From positions 15,529 through 79,528 of the forward strand of contig LNDW01000023.1 in assembly GCA_001464815.1 (NCBI GenBank): 64,000 nucleotides of DNA. The letters are read 5' to 3'. Numbering within the stretch: the stretch's first letter is position 1; each line of letters begins with the position of its first letter. The translations under genes and the position numbers were made by a program. The stretch comes from Betaproteobacteria bacterium Ga0077527 (GTDB taxonomy: Bacteria; Pseudomonadota; Gammaproteobacteria; Burkholderiales; SG8-41). The notes beneath the pieces are model-generated. The model was given only the letters and a program-made list of their open reading frames with translations. It made no database searches and was not told the DNA's origin. Below, in pieces: positions 1-10,004 of the stretch.

Positions 1-121
1 TGTGTGAATCTGATTTTGCTTGCGCTATATAGATGAGGTAAGCGCGGTTTAACCCCTGCCTCATATGTCACTAACAGTGTCGCTTTTTTCAGAAAAGTGC
101 TTCGCATAAAATGTTGGACTA

Positions 122-937
122 ATGGACCCCGTACTGGCCTTCAAGGCCTTCATCCTCGGCCTGGTCGAGGGCCTCACCGAATTTCTGCCGATCTCGAGTA
201 CCGGCCATCTGATCATCGCCGGCAGCCTGCTCGGTTTCAACGACGCCAGGGGCAAGGTTTTTGAACTGGTGATCCAGACCGGCGCGATGCTGGCCGTGTG
301 CTGGGAATACCGCGCCCGTTTTTACAGCGTGATCCGCGGCATGGCGACGGAATTGCCGGCGCAACGTTTTGTGCTCAACCTGATTGCCGCCTTCGTGCCT
401 GCCGCGGTGCTCGGGCTCGCCTTCGGCGGCCTCATCAAGGGGTATCTGTTTCACGCCGTACCGGTGGCGATCGCGCTGATCGTCGGCGGTTTTGTCATCC
501 TCTGGGCCGAAGGCCGCAGCCACAAGCCGCGCATCGACTCTGTGGACGAGATGACCTGGCGTGATGCGCTGAAAGTCGGATTCGCGCAGGCGGTGGCGCT
601 GGTGCCCGGTGTGTCGCGTTCGGGCGCGACCATCATCGGCGGCATGCTGTTCGGCTTGTCGCGGCGCACCGCCACCGAGTTTTCATTTTTTCTCGCGGTG
701 CCGACGCTGGTGGCGGCCGGCGCCTACGATTTTTACAGGAACCGCACCCTGTTCACCGCCGATGACCTCGGCATGTTCGGCATCGGCATTGCCACCGCCT
801 TTGTTTCCGCCTATCTGTGCATCCGCTGGCTGGTGCGTTATGTCGCCAGCCACGATTTCCGGCCCTTCGCCTGGTACCGTATCGGCTTCGGCCTGTTCAT
901 CCTGATCAGTGCTTACGGCGGATTTATAGACTGGTGA
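122..937 (+). CDS. uppP: Undecaprenyl-diphosphate phosphatase (BacA/UppP)
   Basis: 271-aa multi-TM ORF with UppP signature stretches [15 protein letters not shown] and [10 protein letters not shown]. Confidence 0.93.
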   Translation: MDPVLAFKAFILGLVEGLTEFLPISSTGHLIIAGSLLGFNDARGKVFELVIQTGAMLAVCWEYRARFYSVIRGMATELPAQRFVLNLIAAFVPAAVLGLAFGGLIKGYLFHAVPVAIALIVGGFVILWAEGRSHKPRIDSVDEMTWRDALKVGFAQAVALVPGVSRSGATIIGGMLFGLSRRTATEFSFFLAVPTLVAAGAYDFYRNRTLFTADDLGMFGIGIATAFVSAYLCIRWLVRYVASHDFRPFAWYRIGFGLFILISAYGGFIDW

Positions 938-956
938 TGCGCAGCTGGTAATAAAT

Positions 957-1409
957 CTAGCCCTGCACCCAGGGCAGGCCCGCGGCGCGCCAGCCGCCGA
1001 CGCTGCTGCGGTGGCCCTGACCGTCGCGATCGCCCTCGAAACCCTCCAGCACGTTGTAACAATCGCTGAAGCCGGACTGCATTGCGATCATCGCCGCGTT
1101 GTGTGAACGGCCGCCGCTGCGGCAGATGAAAAACACCGGGGCATCGGCCGGTACCTGCGCTGCGAGCTGTTCGGCGAAGGCCGGATTGGGCCGGCTGCCG
1201 GGGTAGGTCAACAGTTCGATCTCGATCGCGCCAGGGATGCGGCCGACCCAGTCCCATTCAGCGCGGGTCCGTACATCAACCAGCTTTGCACCAGGCAGGG
1301 TTTTCAGCAGGGCGTGGGCTTCGTTGGGGAGCACGGCGCCGCTGTAGGGCAGACCCATGTCGCCGGCACGGGCGGTGGCGGTATCAAGCAGGGCTTGGGT
1401 GTCACTCAT
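957..1409 (-). CDS. Rhodanese-domain sulfurtransferase
   Basis: 150-aa ORF with rhodanese-like layout and catalytic loop CRSGGRS. Confidence 0.8.
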   Translation of the reverse strand: MSDTQALLDTATARAGDMGLPYSGAVLPNEAHALLKTLPGAKLVDVRTRAEWDWVGRIPGAIEIELLTYPGSRPNPAFAEQLAAQVPADAPVFFICRSGGRSHNAAMIAMQSGFSDCYNVLEGFEGDRDGQGHRSSVGGWRAAGLPWVQG

Positions 1410-1507
1410 GTCTTGGCTTGGCTATCAGATGGTGAGGGAAAGACGTAGATTCTAACGGACGCTCCCGATGGACAGACCGCACAAAAACTGTGCGCGAACA
1501 TTCTTGA

Positions 1508-1524
1508 CGCACTATAATGGTGCA
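1508..1524. promoter_or_regulatory. Putative NtrC enhancer site upstream of glnA
   Basis: CGCACT-ATAAT-GGTGCA resembles TGCACC-N5-GGTGCA. It lies about 100 nt upstream of the predicted sigma-54 start, and a further TGCACC half-site sits at 1537-1542. Confidence 0.5.
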
Positions 1525-1585
1525 ATTATTCGCGGATGCACCACATTTAATCCATTCCGGTCAATCACTTAGCCATGCACCGCCT

Positions 1586-1601
1586 TGGTACATATCCTGC
1601 T
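1586..1601 (+). promoter_or_regulatory. Sigma-54 (-24/-12) promoter of glnA
   Basis: TGGTACATATCCTGCT has GG and GC at the canonical TGGCAC-N5-TTGC spacing and resembles E. coli glnAp2 (TTGGCACAGATTTCGCT, recalled from memory). It lies about 70 nt upstream of the glnA ATG. Confidence 0.65.
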
Positions 1602-1669
1602 CATACCGGCCGCGGAGCCAATTTATCTTCTTTTCCTCTTCAATCGTTCGCAATCGTTAGGAGATTCAG

Positions 1670-3082
1670 ATGGGAAGCACTGCCGATGTCATGAAGTCGC
1701 TGAAGGACAACGAAGTCAAGTTCGTTGACCTGCGTTTCACCGATACCCGGGGCAAGGAACAGCATGTGTCCGTGCCGACCAAGATGTTCGGAGAGGACAA
1801 GTTCACCGATGGCCATGCCTTTGACGGCTCGTCGATTGCCGGCTGGAAGGGCATTCAGGCTTCGGACATGCTGCTGATGCCGGATCCGGACAGCGCGCGC
1901 ATGGATCCCTTCACCGACGAAGCGACCCTGATCCTGACCTGCGATGTGATCGAGCCTGCCGACGGCAAAGGCTACGACCGCGATCCGCGTTCGATCGCCA
2001 AGCGCGGAGAGGCCTATCTCAAGTCCACCGGCATCGGTGACACCGCTTATTTCGGCCCGGAACCCGAATTTTTCATTTTTGATTCGGTGGCCTGGAGCGT
2101 CGACATGTCGGGCTCGATGGTCAAGATCAAAAGCACGGAAGCACCGTGGTCTTCCGGTGAAGACATGGAAGGCGGCAACATGGGCCACCGTCCTGCGGTC
2201 AAGGGTGGCTATTTCCCCGTTCCGCCGGTGGATTCGCTGCAGGACATTCGTTCGGCGATGTGCCTGGCGCTCGAAGAGCAGGGCGTGCCGGTCGAAGTGC
2301 ATCACCACGAAGTCGCAACCGCCGGCCAATGCGAAATCGGCACCCTGTTCTCCAGCCTGGTGAAACGCGCCGACTGGAACCAGATCCTGAAATACACCGT
2401 GCACAACGTCGCGCATTCCTATGGCAAGACCGCGACCTTCATGCCGAAACCGATTGTCGGTGACAACGGTTCGGGCATGCACGTGCACCAGTCGCTGTGG
2501 AAGGGCGGCCAGAACCTGTTCAGCGGCAACGGCTACGCCGGCCTGTCCGAACTCGCGCTGTTTTACATCGGCGGCATCATCAAACATGCCAAGGCCCTGA
2601 ACGCGATCACCAATCCCGGAACCAACTCGTACAAGCGCCTGGTGCCCGGTTTCGAGGCCCCGATCAACCTCGCCTACTCCGCGAAAAACCGCTCGGCCTC
2701 GATTCGTATCCCGCATGTGGCCAATCCGAAGGCGCGCCGCATCGAAGTGCGCTTCCCGGATCCGACAGCGAACCCGTACCTGGCATTCACCGCGATGATG
2801 ATGGCCGGGCTCGACGGCATCCAGAACAAGATTCACCCCGGCGACGCCGTGGACAAGAATCTCTATGACTTGCCGCCGGAAGAAGCGAAAAAAGTGCCGA
2901 ATGTTTGCTCGTCGCTGGATCAGGCGCTGGAACACCTCGACAAGGATCGCGAGTTCCTGACCCGCGGTGGTGTCTTCTCCAACGACATGATTGATGCCTA
3001 CATCGACCTGAAGATGGAGGAAGTCACCGCCTTCCGCATGACCACGCACCCGCTGGAGTTCCAGCTCTACTACAGCCTTTGA
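1670..3082 (+). CDS. glnA: Glutamine synthetase type I
   Basis: 470-aa ORF, full-length GS-I similarity ([32 protein letters not shown], adenylylation-region NLYDLPPEE); good SD AGGAGA. Confidence 0.97.
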   Translation: MGSTADVMKSLKDNEVKFVDLRFTDTRGKEQHVSVPTKMFGEDKFTDGHAFDGSSIAGWKGIQASDMLLMPDPDSARMDPFTDEATLILTCDVIEPADGKGYDRDPRSIAKRGEAYLKSTGIGDTAYFGPEPEFFIFDSVAWSVDMSGSMVKIKSTEAPWSSGEDMEGGNMGHRPAVKGGYFPVPPVDSLQDIRSAMCLALEEQGVPVEVHHHEVATAGQCEIGTLFSSLVKRADWNQILKYTVHNVAHSYGKTATFMPKPIVGDNGSGMHVHQSLWKGGQNLFSGNGYAGLSELALFYIGGIIKHAKALNAITNPGTNSYKRLVPGFEAPINLAYSAKNRSASIRIPHVANPKARRIEVRFPDPTANPYLAFTAMMMAGLDGIQNKIHPGDAVDKNLYDLPPEEAKKVPNVCSSLDQALEHLDKDREFLTRGGVFSNDMIDAYIDLKMEEVTAFRMTTHPLEFQLYYSL

Positions 3083-3102
3083 TCATCGAGGTTGCGACAA
3101 AA

Positions 3103-3131
3103 GGGCGGGCCCTTGCCCGCCCTTTTGTTTT
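3103..3131 (+). terminator. Rho-independent terminator after glnA
   Basis: GGGCGGGC-CCTT-GCCCGCCC stem-loop followed by TTTTGTTTT. Confidence 0.85.
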
Positions 3132-3264
3132 CCGCAGGCTGTGACGTTTGCAATTGCTACTTTTCCTTTGCTGACATAGACTTAGCGAGCCATTCCGATG
3201 TTGCCAGCGGCGAAGTTGAAATTACTGTTCGCGCGCGCCGCGCCCCTAAAAGCAACCGGGCCGC

Positions 3265-3789
3265 ATGCGGGTTTATCCGAGGCCGAAGATGCACTTGCCC
3301 CTGCCTTCCCAGTCCCAGTCTTGTTCAATGCTGCTGTTGTGCGCCCTGGCGCTGCCTGTCCACGCCGAAATCTGGGAATGCATCGACCGCGACGGCAACA
3401 AGCGGTTCACCAACGTCAAATCCGAGGCGGCGGGCTGCAAGCCGATGAATCTGCCGCCGGTGAGCACCGTGCCTGCGCCAAAGCCGGGTGCGGGCAAACC
3501 CGCGGCACCGGCGTCTGCCGCGAGCGGCGGCGATTTTCCCAAGGTCGACCCCTCGACCCAGCAGCAGCGCGACAGTGGCCGGCGCAAGATTCTCGAGCAG
3601 GAACTTTCCAACGAGGAACGGCTGCTCGAGCAGGCGCGTCGCGATCTGGCCGAACAGGAAGCCACCCGGCTGGGCAACGAGCGCAACTACCAGCGCGTGC
3701 TGGAGCGCCTCGAGCCGTTCAAGAAAAAAGTGGCCTTGCACGAGAACAACATCGCCAACCTGCGCAAGGAAATCGGCGCCCTGCGCTGA
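3265..3789 (+). CDS. DUF4124-domain secreted protein
   Basis: Signal peptide (MLLLCALALPVHA) followed by the IWECIDRDGNKRFTN motif typical of DUF4124, then a coiled-coil C-terminus. Start uncertain (ATGs at 3265, 3289, 3328). Confidence 0.7.
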   Translation: MRVYPRPKMHLPLPSQSQSCSMLLLCALALPVHAEIWECIDRDGNKRFTNVKSEAAGCKPMNLPPVSTVPAPKPGAGKPAAPASAASGGDFPKVDPSTQQQRDSGRRKILEQELSNEERLLEQARRDLAEQEATRLGNERNYQRVLERLEPFKKKVALHENNIANLRKEIGALR

Positions 3790-3859
3790 GTCTGCGTGCC
3801 GCGTCCCGCGGCACGCTTGGTGCTGGCCTGCATCTTGCTCATGGATGCGGAGTGCGTTG

Positions 3860-4954
3860 ATGAACGCCACCGCGACAGCAGGCCCGCTCGCCGGACTGGA
3901 TCAGTTGGCCACCGCGGTGGTTGTAATCGACGACGGGCAATCCGTCCTCTACATGAATCCTTCCGCCGAAAATCTGTTCGAGCTGTCGCAGTCCAGCGTG
4001 GCCGGCCTGACGCTGGAGCGTCTGCTCGGCGAGAACGCCGTGCTCGGCGCCGCGATCAACCAGTCGCGGGTCAATCATGCGGCCTACACTGAACATGAGC
4101 TGGAGATCACCGCCAACGGCCGCCAGCGGCTGAATCTGGCCTGCACGGTGTGCCCCGCCGAATTTCCCGGTCAGGGGCCGTCGATGCTGCTCGAATTCCG
4201 CCAGATCGACCGCCAATTGCGTGTCGAGCGTGAAGCGCGGCTGCTCGAGCAAAGCCAGGCCCACCGCGACCTGATCCGCAACCTCGCCCACGAAATCAAG
4301 AATCCGCTGGGCGGCATCCGCGGCGCGGCCCAACTGCTCGACCGCGAGCTGGAGCGTCCGGGGTTGCACGAATACACACAGGTCATCATCAAGGAGTCCG
4401 ACCGTCTGCAATCGCTGATGGACCGTCTGTTGACGCCGCACCGCCTGCCGCTGCCCGGGCCGGTGAACATCCACGAAGTACTGGAGCGCGTGCGCAGCGT
4501 GATGGTGGCCGAGTTCTCCGGCATCACGGTGCGCCGTGACTATGACACCAGCCTGCCGCTGCTCACCGGCGACCGCGAGCAGCTGATCCAGGTGGTGCTC
4601 AACATCGTACGCAACGCCGCGCAGGCAATCAAGGGTGCGGGGACGGCCCATGGCGAAATCCGGCTGCGCACACGGGTTGCGCGCCAGGTCACGCTGTCCC
4701 GCCGCCGCTACCGCCATGCCGTGCAGATCGACATCTGCGACAACGGCCCCGGTATCCCCGAAAACATGAAGGAGCGTGTGTTTCAGCCGCTGATTTCCGG
4801 CCGTGAAGGCGGCAGCGGCCTCGGCCTTACCATTGCGCATAACTTCATCACCCAGCACCGCGGCACGATCACCTTTGACAGCGCGCCCGGTAAAACCTGC
4901 TTTACGCTGCTGCTGCCGGTGCAGGACGACGCCCGGCCCGCCGCGCAGCATTGA
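3860..4954 (+). CDS. ntrB: Nitrogen regulation sensor histidine kinase NtrB
   Basis: PAS region, H-box NLAHEIKNPLGGIRGAAQLL and the HATPase N/G boxes. The start is trimmed to the ATG at 3860 (MNATATAGP) because the longer ORF from 3488 overlaps the previous gene. Confidence 0.9.
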   Translation: MNATATAGPLAGLDQLATAVVVIDDGQSVLYMNPSAENLFELSQSSVAGLTLERLLGENAVLGAAINQSRVNHAAYTEHELEITANGRQRLNLACTVCPAEFPGQGPSMLLEFRQIDRQLRVEREARLLEQSQAHRDLIRNLAHEIKNPLGGIRGAAQLLDRELERPGLHEYTQVIIKESDRLQSLMDRLLTPHRLPLPGPVNIHEVLERVRSVMVAEFSGITVRRDYDTSLPLLTGDREQLIQVVLNIVRNAAQAIKGAGTAHGEIRLRTRVARQVTLSRRRYRHAVQIDICDNGPGIPENMKERVFQPLISGREGGSGLGLTIAHNFITQHRGTITFDSAPGKTCFTLLLPVQDDARPAAQH

Positions 4955-4982
4955 CTGAAAAAACAATGAAAGAAACAAGATC

Positions 4983-6386
4983 ATGAAACCTGTCTGGATC
5001 ATCGACGATGATCGTTCCATCCGCTGGGTGTTCGAAAAGGCGCTGACGCGCGAGAACATCGCCTTCAAGGCATTTTCCTCGGCGCGCGAGGCGCTGACCG
5101 CACTCGACGACGAAGTGCCGCAGGTGGTGGTCAGCGACATTCGCATGCCCGGAGAGTCCGGGCTCGAGCTGCTGCAGCAGGCCAAGGCCAAACACCCTGC
5201 GCTGCCGGTGATCATCATGACCGCGTACTCCGACCTGGAAAGCGCGGTCACCGCATTCCAGGGCGGCGCCTATGAATATCTGCCCAAACCTTTTGATGTC
5301 GATCACGCGGTGGAGTTGATTCGCCGAGCGATGGATGAAAGCGTACGCCAGGATTCGACCGGTGAAGTGGTCGAATCGATGCCGGAAATGCTCGGCCAGG
5401 CGCCTGCGATGCAGGAGGTTTTTCGTGCCATCGGCCGCCTGTCACAGTCCCATGCCACGGTGATGATCACCGGTGAGTCGGGCAGCGGCAAGGAGTTGGT
5501 GGCGAGTGCGCTGCACCGCCACAGTCCGCGTGCCGGTCGTCCGTTCATTGCCATCAATACCGCGGCGATCCCGAAGGAATTGCTGGAATCCGAACTGTTC
5601 GGCCATGAGCGTGGTGCCTTCACCGGCGCGCAGAACATGCGCCGCGGCCGTTTCGAGCAGGCCGAGGGCGGCACGCTGTTCCTCGACGAGATCGGTGACA
5701 TGCCGCAGGAGCTGCAGACGCGGCTGTTGCGCGTGTTGTCCGACGGCCATTTCTACCGCGTCGGCGGCCACCAGCCGATCAAGGCCAATGTGCGCGTGAT
5801 TGCGGCCACCCACCAGGACCTTGAGGCAAGGGTCAAGCAGGGCCTGTTCCGTGAAGACCTGTTCCACCGCCTCAACGTGATCCGTCTGCGCCTGCCGCCC
5901 CTGCGAGAGCGGCGCGAGGACATTCCGCTGCTGGCGCGGCATTTCCTGCAGAAAAGCGCGCGTGACCTCGGCGTCGAGCCGAAGCGACTGTCGGAGGCGA
6001 CGCTGAATTACGTCGCGATGCAGGATCTGCCGGGCAACGTGCGCCAGCTCGAAAATCTCTGCCACTGGCTGACCGTGATGGCGCCGGCGGCGATGATCGA
6101 GGTCAAGGATCTGCCGCCGGAAATGCGCAGCGAAGCAGTGGTTGCCGGCACCGAAGACTGGGCTGCCGCGCTGGGCCGCGAAGCCGAGCTGCGCCTGCAT
6201 CGTGGCCAAACCGCGATCATGGACGAGTTGACCCAGCAGTTTGAACGTACGCTGATCCTGAAGGCGCTGGCGCAGACCGGAGGCCGGCGCATCGAGGCCG
6301 CGCAACTGCTGGGCCTGGGCCGCAATACGCTGACTCGAAAAATCCAGGAACTGAAACTCGAGCCGGGCCGCGGCGAGGAAGCGTGA
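4983..6386 (+). CDS. ntrC: Nitrogen regulation response regulator NtrC (sigma-54 activator)
   Basis: 467 aa: receiver domain, AAA+ domain with GESGSGKE and GAFTGA, and a C-terminal Fis-type HTH. Confidence 0.95.
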   Translation: MKPVWIIDDDRSIRWVFEKALTRENIAFKAFSSAREALTALDDEVPQVVVSDIRMPGESGLELLQQAKAKHPALPVIIMTAYSDLESAVTAFQGGAYEYLPKPFDVDHAVELIRRAMDESVRQDSTGEVVESMPEMLGQAPAMQEVFRAIGRLSQSHATVMITGESGSGKELVASALHRHSPRAGRPFIAINTAAIPKELLESELFGHERGAFTGAQNMRRGRFEQAEGGTLFLDEIGDMPQELQTRLLRVLSDGHFYRVGGHQPIKANVRVIAATHQDLEARVKQGLFREDLFHRLNVIRLRLPPLRERREDIPLLARHFLQKSARDLGVEPKRLSEATLNYVAMQDLPGNVRQLENLCHWLTVMAPAAMIEVKDLPPEMRSEAVVAGTEDWAAALGREAELRLHRGQTAIMDELTQQFERTLILKALAQTGGRRIEAAQLLGLGRNTLTRKIQELKLEPGRGEEA

Positions 6387-6393
6387 AGCTGGC

Positions 6394-7161
6394 CTAGACC
6401 GTGAATTCAGCGACCACGGGTGCGTGGTCCGAAGGTCGTTCATTACCGCGCGGCACAGTGTCGATGGTGGATGCCGTGCAGCCTGCCGCCAGCGGCTTTG
6501 AAGCGAGGATGTGGTCGATGCGCAGCCCCATCTTGCGGCGAAAGGCGTTCATCCGGTAATCCCACCAGGAGTACGAGCGTTCCGGCTGTTCGAAATGGCG
6601 GAAGGTGTCGCTCAAACCCAAAGCCAGCAGCGCCTGAAAGGCCGCACGTTCGGCGTCGCTGCACAGCACCTTGCCGGCCCAGGCCTGCGGGTCGTGGACA
6701 TCGGCATCGGCCGGCGCGATGTTGAAGTCGCCGAGCAGCGCAAGTTTCGGGTAACGCTGCAGTTCATCGCGCAGCCATGTGGTCAGTGCCGCATACCACT
6801 CGAGCTTGTAGCGGTACTTGTCGGATTCCACCGACTCGCCGTTGGGCATATAGCCGCAAACCACACGTACACCGTCGAGCGTGGCGGCGATCATCCGTTT
6901 CTGCGGATCGTTGTAGCCGGGAATGCCCGCGACCACATCATCCGCCGGCCTGCGGCTGAGGATGGCAACGCCGTTGTAGGTTTTCTGGCCGCTGAACACC
7001 ACGTGATAACCCGCGGCCTCGATGTCGGCGCGAGGAAAATTGTGATCTTCGAGCTTGGTTTCCTGCAGGCACAGCGCGTCTGGCTGATGTTGCTCCAGCC
7101 AGGCCAGAACCTGCGGCAGGCGTACCTTAAGCGAGTTGACGTTCCACGCTGCCAGCTTCAC
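6394..7161 (-). CDS. xthA: Exodeoxyribonuclease III
   Basis: 255 aa with ExoIII/AP-endonuclease motifs (WNVNS, LCLQETK, SDHAPV). GTG start overlapping the upstream stop (GTGA). Confidence 0.93.
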   Translation of the reverse strand: MKLAAWNVNSLKVRLPQVLAWLEQHQPDALCLQETKLEDHNFPRADIEAAGYHVVFSGQKTYNGVAILSRRPADDVVAGIPGYNDPQKRMIAATLDGVRVVCGYMPNGESVESDKYRYKLEWYAALTTWLRDELQRYPKLALLGDFNIAPADADVHDPQAWAGKVLCSDAERAAFQALLALGLSDTFRHFEQPERSYSWWDYRMNAFRRKMGLRIDHILASKPLAAGCTASTIDTVPRGNERPSDHAPVVAEFTV

Positions 7162-7751
7162 GGCGCAGGTGCCGCTGTCGGCGCTGCCGCTCCTGCTCCA
7201 GCCGGAGTGCCGGGTGCAGCTGCCGCGGGTGCTTCAGCCGGTGCCGGTTTTGCTGCGGGTGCTGCCACCGGCCTGGGCTGCGGTTTGGCGCCGATCACCA
7301 CGCGCGGATAACCTGCGGCATCCAGCGCCGAATCCCAGGCGCCCTCTTCATAACCGCGCAGCGCCTGGCGGCCGACAAACAGCAGCGGCACTTCGAGACG
7401 ACCGTCGGTGAGTTTCTTGTAGGTTTCGATGTCGTCCTGCGGATTACGTTCGCTGAACGGCAGTCCGCGGCGATTGAGGTGGGCACGTGCCTTGGTGCAG
7501 CTGTCGCCGCAGTCGGTGACGTAGAGCACCAGCGGAAAATTCTGCACCGCCTGCTGCACGCTGAACGGCAACGTCGAGGTTTCGACCACGCTGCCGCCAA
7601 CCGTGCGGCGCTCGACTTTCTTCGCGGTGGGGGGCGGCGGCGTGTCGCGCCATTCGACGCGGCCTTTTTCATCGACCCAGCGGTAAAGCTGGGCGGCCTG
7701 CGCCGCGGTGGCGACCAGCAGCAGCGTGATCACACAAGCCAGGGTTTTCAT
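7158..7751 (-). CDS. DUF4124 plus glutaredoxin-like domain protein with Ala/Pro-rich tail
   Basis: Signal peptide, LYRWVDEKGRVEW (DUF4124-like), a thioredoxin-fold segment with CGDSC, and a low-complexity A/P C-terminus. Confidence 0.7.
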   Translation of the reverse strand: MKTLACVITLLLVATAAQAAQLYRWVDEKGRVEWRDTPPPPTAKKVERRTVGGSVVETSTLPFSVQQAVQNFPLVLYVTDCGDSCTKARAHLNRRGLPFSERNPQDDIETYKKLTDGRLEVPLLFVGRQALRGYEEGAWDSALDAAGYPRVVIGAKPQPRPVAAPAAKPAPAEAPAAAAPGTPAGAGAAAPTAAPAP

Positions 7752-7803
7752 CTCGGCACCTCGGTCAGGTCATTGCGGGGCGGCATCACCGCTGATGATA
7801 ACG

Positions 7804-9843
7804 TCACGCGGCCTGCAGCGTCATGCCATTGTGTCGCAACAGCGCATCGATCTTCGGTTCGCGGCCGCGGAAGGCAACAAAGGATTCCAGCGCGGGCCGG
7901 CTGCCGCCGACACCCAGCACCTCGTCCCAGAAGCGCAGGCCGGTCTTCGCATCAAGCACACCGTTTTCCTCGAACAGGCTGTAGGCGTCGGCCGACAGCA
8001 CCTCCGCCCATTTGTAGCTGTAGTAACCCGCGGCATAACCGCCGGCAAAAATATGCGAGAAATTGTTCGGGAAGCGGTTGTAGGCGGGCGGGAACAGCAC
8101 CGCCACTTCCTGGCGCACTTCACTCAGCAATTGCAGCGCGGTCCTGCCGCCGGCCGGATCGAAATCATGGTGCAGCAGCAGGTCGAACAGCGCGAACTCG
8201 ATCTGGCGCATGGTCTGCAGCCCGCTCTGGAAGTTCTTGGCCGCGATCATCTTGTCGAACAGTGCTTTGGGCAGTGTTTTGCCGCTGTCGGCGTGGCGGG
8301 TCATCGGCTGCACCACGCTCCATTCCCAGCAGAAGTTTTCCATGAACTGGCTGGGCAGCTCGACGGCATCCCATTCGACGCCGTTGATGCCGGAGACGCC
8401 GAGGTAATCAACGCGGGTCAGCAGGTGATGCAGGCCGTGGCCGAACTCGTGGAACAGCGTGATCACCTCGTCGTGGGTGAACAGCGCGGGTTTTCCGCCA
8501 ACCGGAGCCGAAAAATTGCAGTTCAGATAGGCCGCCGGGGTCTGCGTGCCGGCCGCAGTGGCGCGGCGGGTGATCGCGTCGTCCATCCATGCGCCGCCGC
8601 GTTTGGTCGGACGCGCATAGAGGTCGAGGTAGAACTGGCCGACCAGCGCGCCGGCCTTGTCGCGGATCGAAAAAAAGCGCACGTCGGGGCTCCAGACCGG
8701 CGCCTCGGCCGGACTGATGTTCAGACCGAACAGGGTTTCGACGACCTTGAACATGCCGGGGAGCACCGTGGTTTCCGGGAAGTACTGCTTGACCTCGTTT
8801 TCGGAGAAGGCGTAACGCGCGCCGCGCAGCTTCTCCGAGACATAGGCAATGTCCCAGGCTTCGAGTGCGGCCATGCCGAGTTCCTTGTCGGCAAATTCGC
8901 GCAACTCGGCCAGATCGCGTTGGGCATGAGGCTTGGCGCGTACGGCGAGATCGCGCAGGAACTGCATCACCTGCTGCGGTGTGTCGGCCATCTTCGCTTC
9001 CAGCGAATATTCGGCGTAGCTGCCGAAACCAAGCAGCTGCGCCATTTCGCGGCGCAGCGCGACGATTTCGGCGATCAGCGGCGTGTTGTCGAGTTTGGCA
9101 TCGCCGAATTCGGCGGCACGGGTGACGTAGGCGTGGTACATGCGTTCGCGCAGGGCGCGGTCGTCGGCATACTGAAGCACCGGCAGGTATGAGGGTGCAT
9201 GCAGTGTGAATTTCCAGCCGTCCCTGCCGTCGGCCTGCGCGGCTTCACGCGCCGCTTCGCGGGCGTCGTCCGGCAGTCCGGCGAGGCCGGTTTCGTCAGT
9301 GATGAAATGCGACCAGGCATTGGTCGCGTCGAGCAGGTTGTCGCTGAAGCGCGAGCCGAGCATTGACAGCCGGTCGCGGATTTCGGTGTAGCGCGGCCGC
9401 TTGTCCGCAGCCAGCTCGGCACCGCCGAGGCGGAAGTCGCGCACCTCGTTGTCGACGATTTTTTTCTGTGCTGTGGACAGCGTGGTGAAAGTGGCGGACG
9501 AGCGCAGTGCCTTGAATTTTTTGTACAGCCCTTCATGCTGGCCGAGCTCGGTGTAGTACTGCGAGATCTTCGGCAGGTTGCCGTTGTAGGCCTCGCGCAG
9601 CTCCGGGCTGTTCACCACCGCATTGAGATGGCCGACCTGGCCCCAGGCGCGGTGCAGGTGTTCATTGGCATCTTCCAGGGGGCCGGCGAAATTTTCCCAG
9701 GTCGGTGCCGCGCTGTCGGCGGCAAGCCGCGCGATCAACGCGCGGTTCTCCGCCAGCAGCTGGTCCACCGCCGGCGCAACCAGCTCCGGTTTGAAATCGG
9801 CAAAGCGGGGCAGGCCCGAAACATCGAGTAGGGGATTCATCAT
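7804..9843 (-). CDS. prlC: Oligopeptidase A (M3 metallopeptidase)
   Basis: 679 aa with the HEFGH zinc motif (LFHEFGHGLHH) and M3-family similarity along its length. Confidence 0.93.
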   Translation of the reverse strand: MMNPLLDVSGLPRFADFKPELVAPAVDQLLAENRALIARLAADSAAPTWENFAGPLEDANEHLHRAWGQVGHLNAVVNSPELREAYNGNLPKISQYYTELGQHEGLYKKFKALRSSATFTTLSTAQKKIVDNEVRDFRLGGAELAADKRPRYTEIRDRLSMLGSRFSDNLLDATNAWSHFITDETGLAGLPDDAREAAREAAQADGRDGWKFTLHAPSYLPVLQYADDRALRERMYHAYVTRAAEFGDAKLDNTPLIAEIVALRREMAQLLGFGSYAEYSLEAKMADTPQQVMQFLRDLAVRAKPHAQRDLAELREFADKELGMAALEAWDIAYVSEKLRGARYAFSENEVKQYFPETTVLPGMFKVVETLFGLNISPAEAPVWSPDVRFFSIRDKAGALVGQFYLDLYARPTKRGGAWMDDAITRRATAAGTQTPAAYLNCNFSAPVGGKPALFTHDEVITLFHEFGHGLHHLLTRVDYLGVSGINGVEWDAVELPSQFMENFCWEWSVVQPMTRHADSGKTLPKALFDKMIAAKNFQSGLQTMRQIEFALFDLLLHHDFDPAGGRTALQLLSEVRQEVAVLFPPAYNRFPNNFSHIFAGGYAAGYYSYKWAEVLSADAYSLFEENGVLDAKTGLRFWDEVLGVGGSRPALESFVAFRGREPKIDALLRHNGMTLQAA

Positions 9844-9968
9844 CGGATTTAATCAGGAAGACAGAAAAAGGAACAACGAACAGCATGGACAGCAGCAGAC
9901 ACGGGGTCAGACCACAACTCGGGCCGCGAGTTTAGCAGCCTCCGCCCATTGTGGCGCCCGGAAGATTC

Positions 9969-10004
9969 TATAAATTATTGATTTTATTGACTATTTTCTT
10001 TCGA
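9969..10004 (+). repeat. AT-rich element, family member A
   Basis: TATAAATTATTGATTTTATTGACTATTTTCTTTCGA shares the YATAA-N3-ATTGwTTT core. The opposite strand carries AATCAATAATTTA (9971-9983), matching the IHF consensus WATCAANNNNTTR. It spans the pyrC' stop codon. Confidence 0.5.

Noticed and set aside
1640-3049. 469-aa ORF antisense to glnA
   Set aside because: This is a shadow ORF typical of GC-rich DNA. The opposite strand encodes an unmistakable glutamine synthetase, and the antisense translation is low-complexity (R/G/A/H-rich). The same applies to 20724-22589 (antisense to ppk1), 46392-47975 (antisense to the aminotransferase), 59525-60343 (antisense to rlmI), 32691-33902, 39839-41958 and many others in the track.
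3137-3152. Possible sigma-54 promoter (GGCTGTGACGTTTGCA) upstream of the DUF4124/ntrB genes
   Set aside because: The GG-to-GC spacing is off by one nucleotide relative to TGGCAC-N5-TTGC, and the -24 region is a poor match.
3488-3859. Long N-terminal extensions of ntrB and similar ORFs (23020-23142, 38031-38165, 40393-40497, 18313-18444, 12233-12331, 50452-50529, 55817-55918)
   Set aside because: The extensions overlap the preceding gene or are Arg/Pro-rich non-protein-like sequence. Internal starts give proteins of canonical length with recognisable N-termini or signal peptides.
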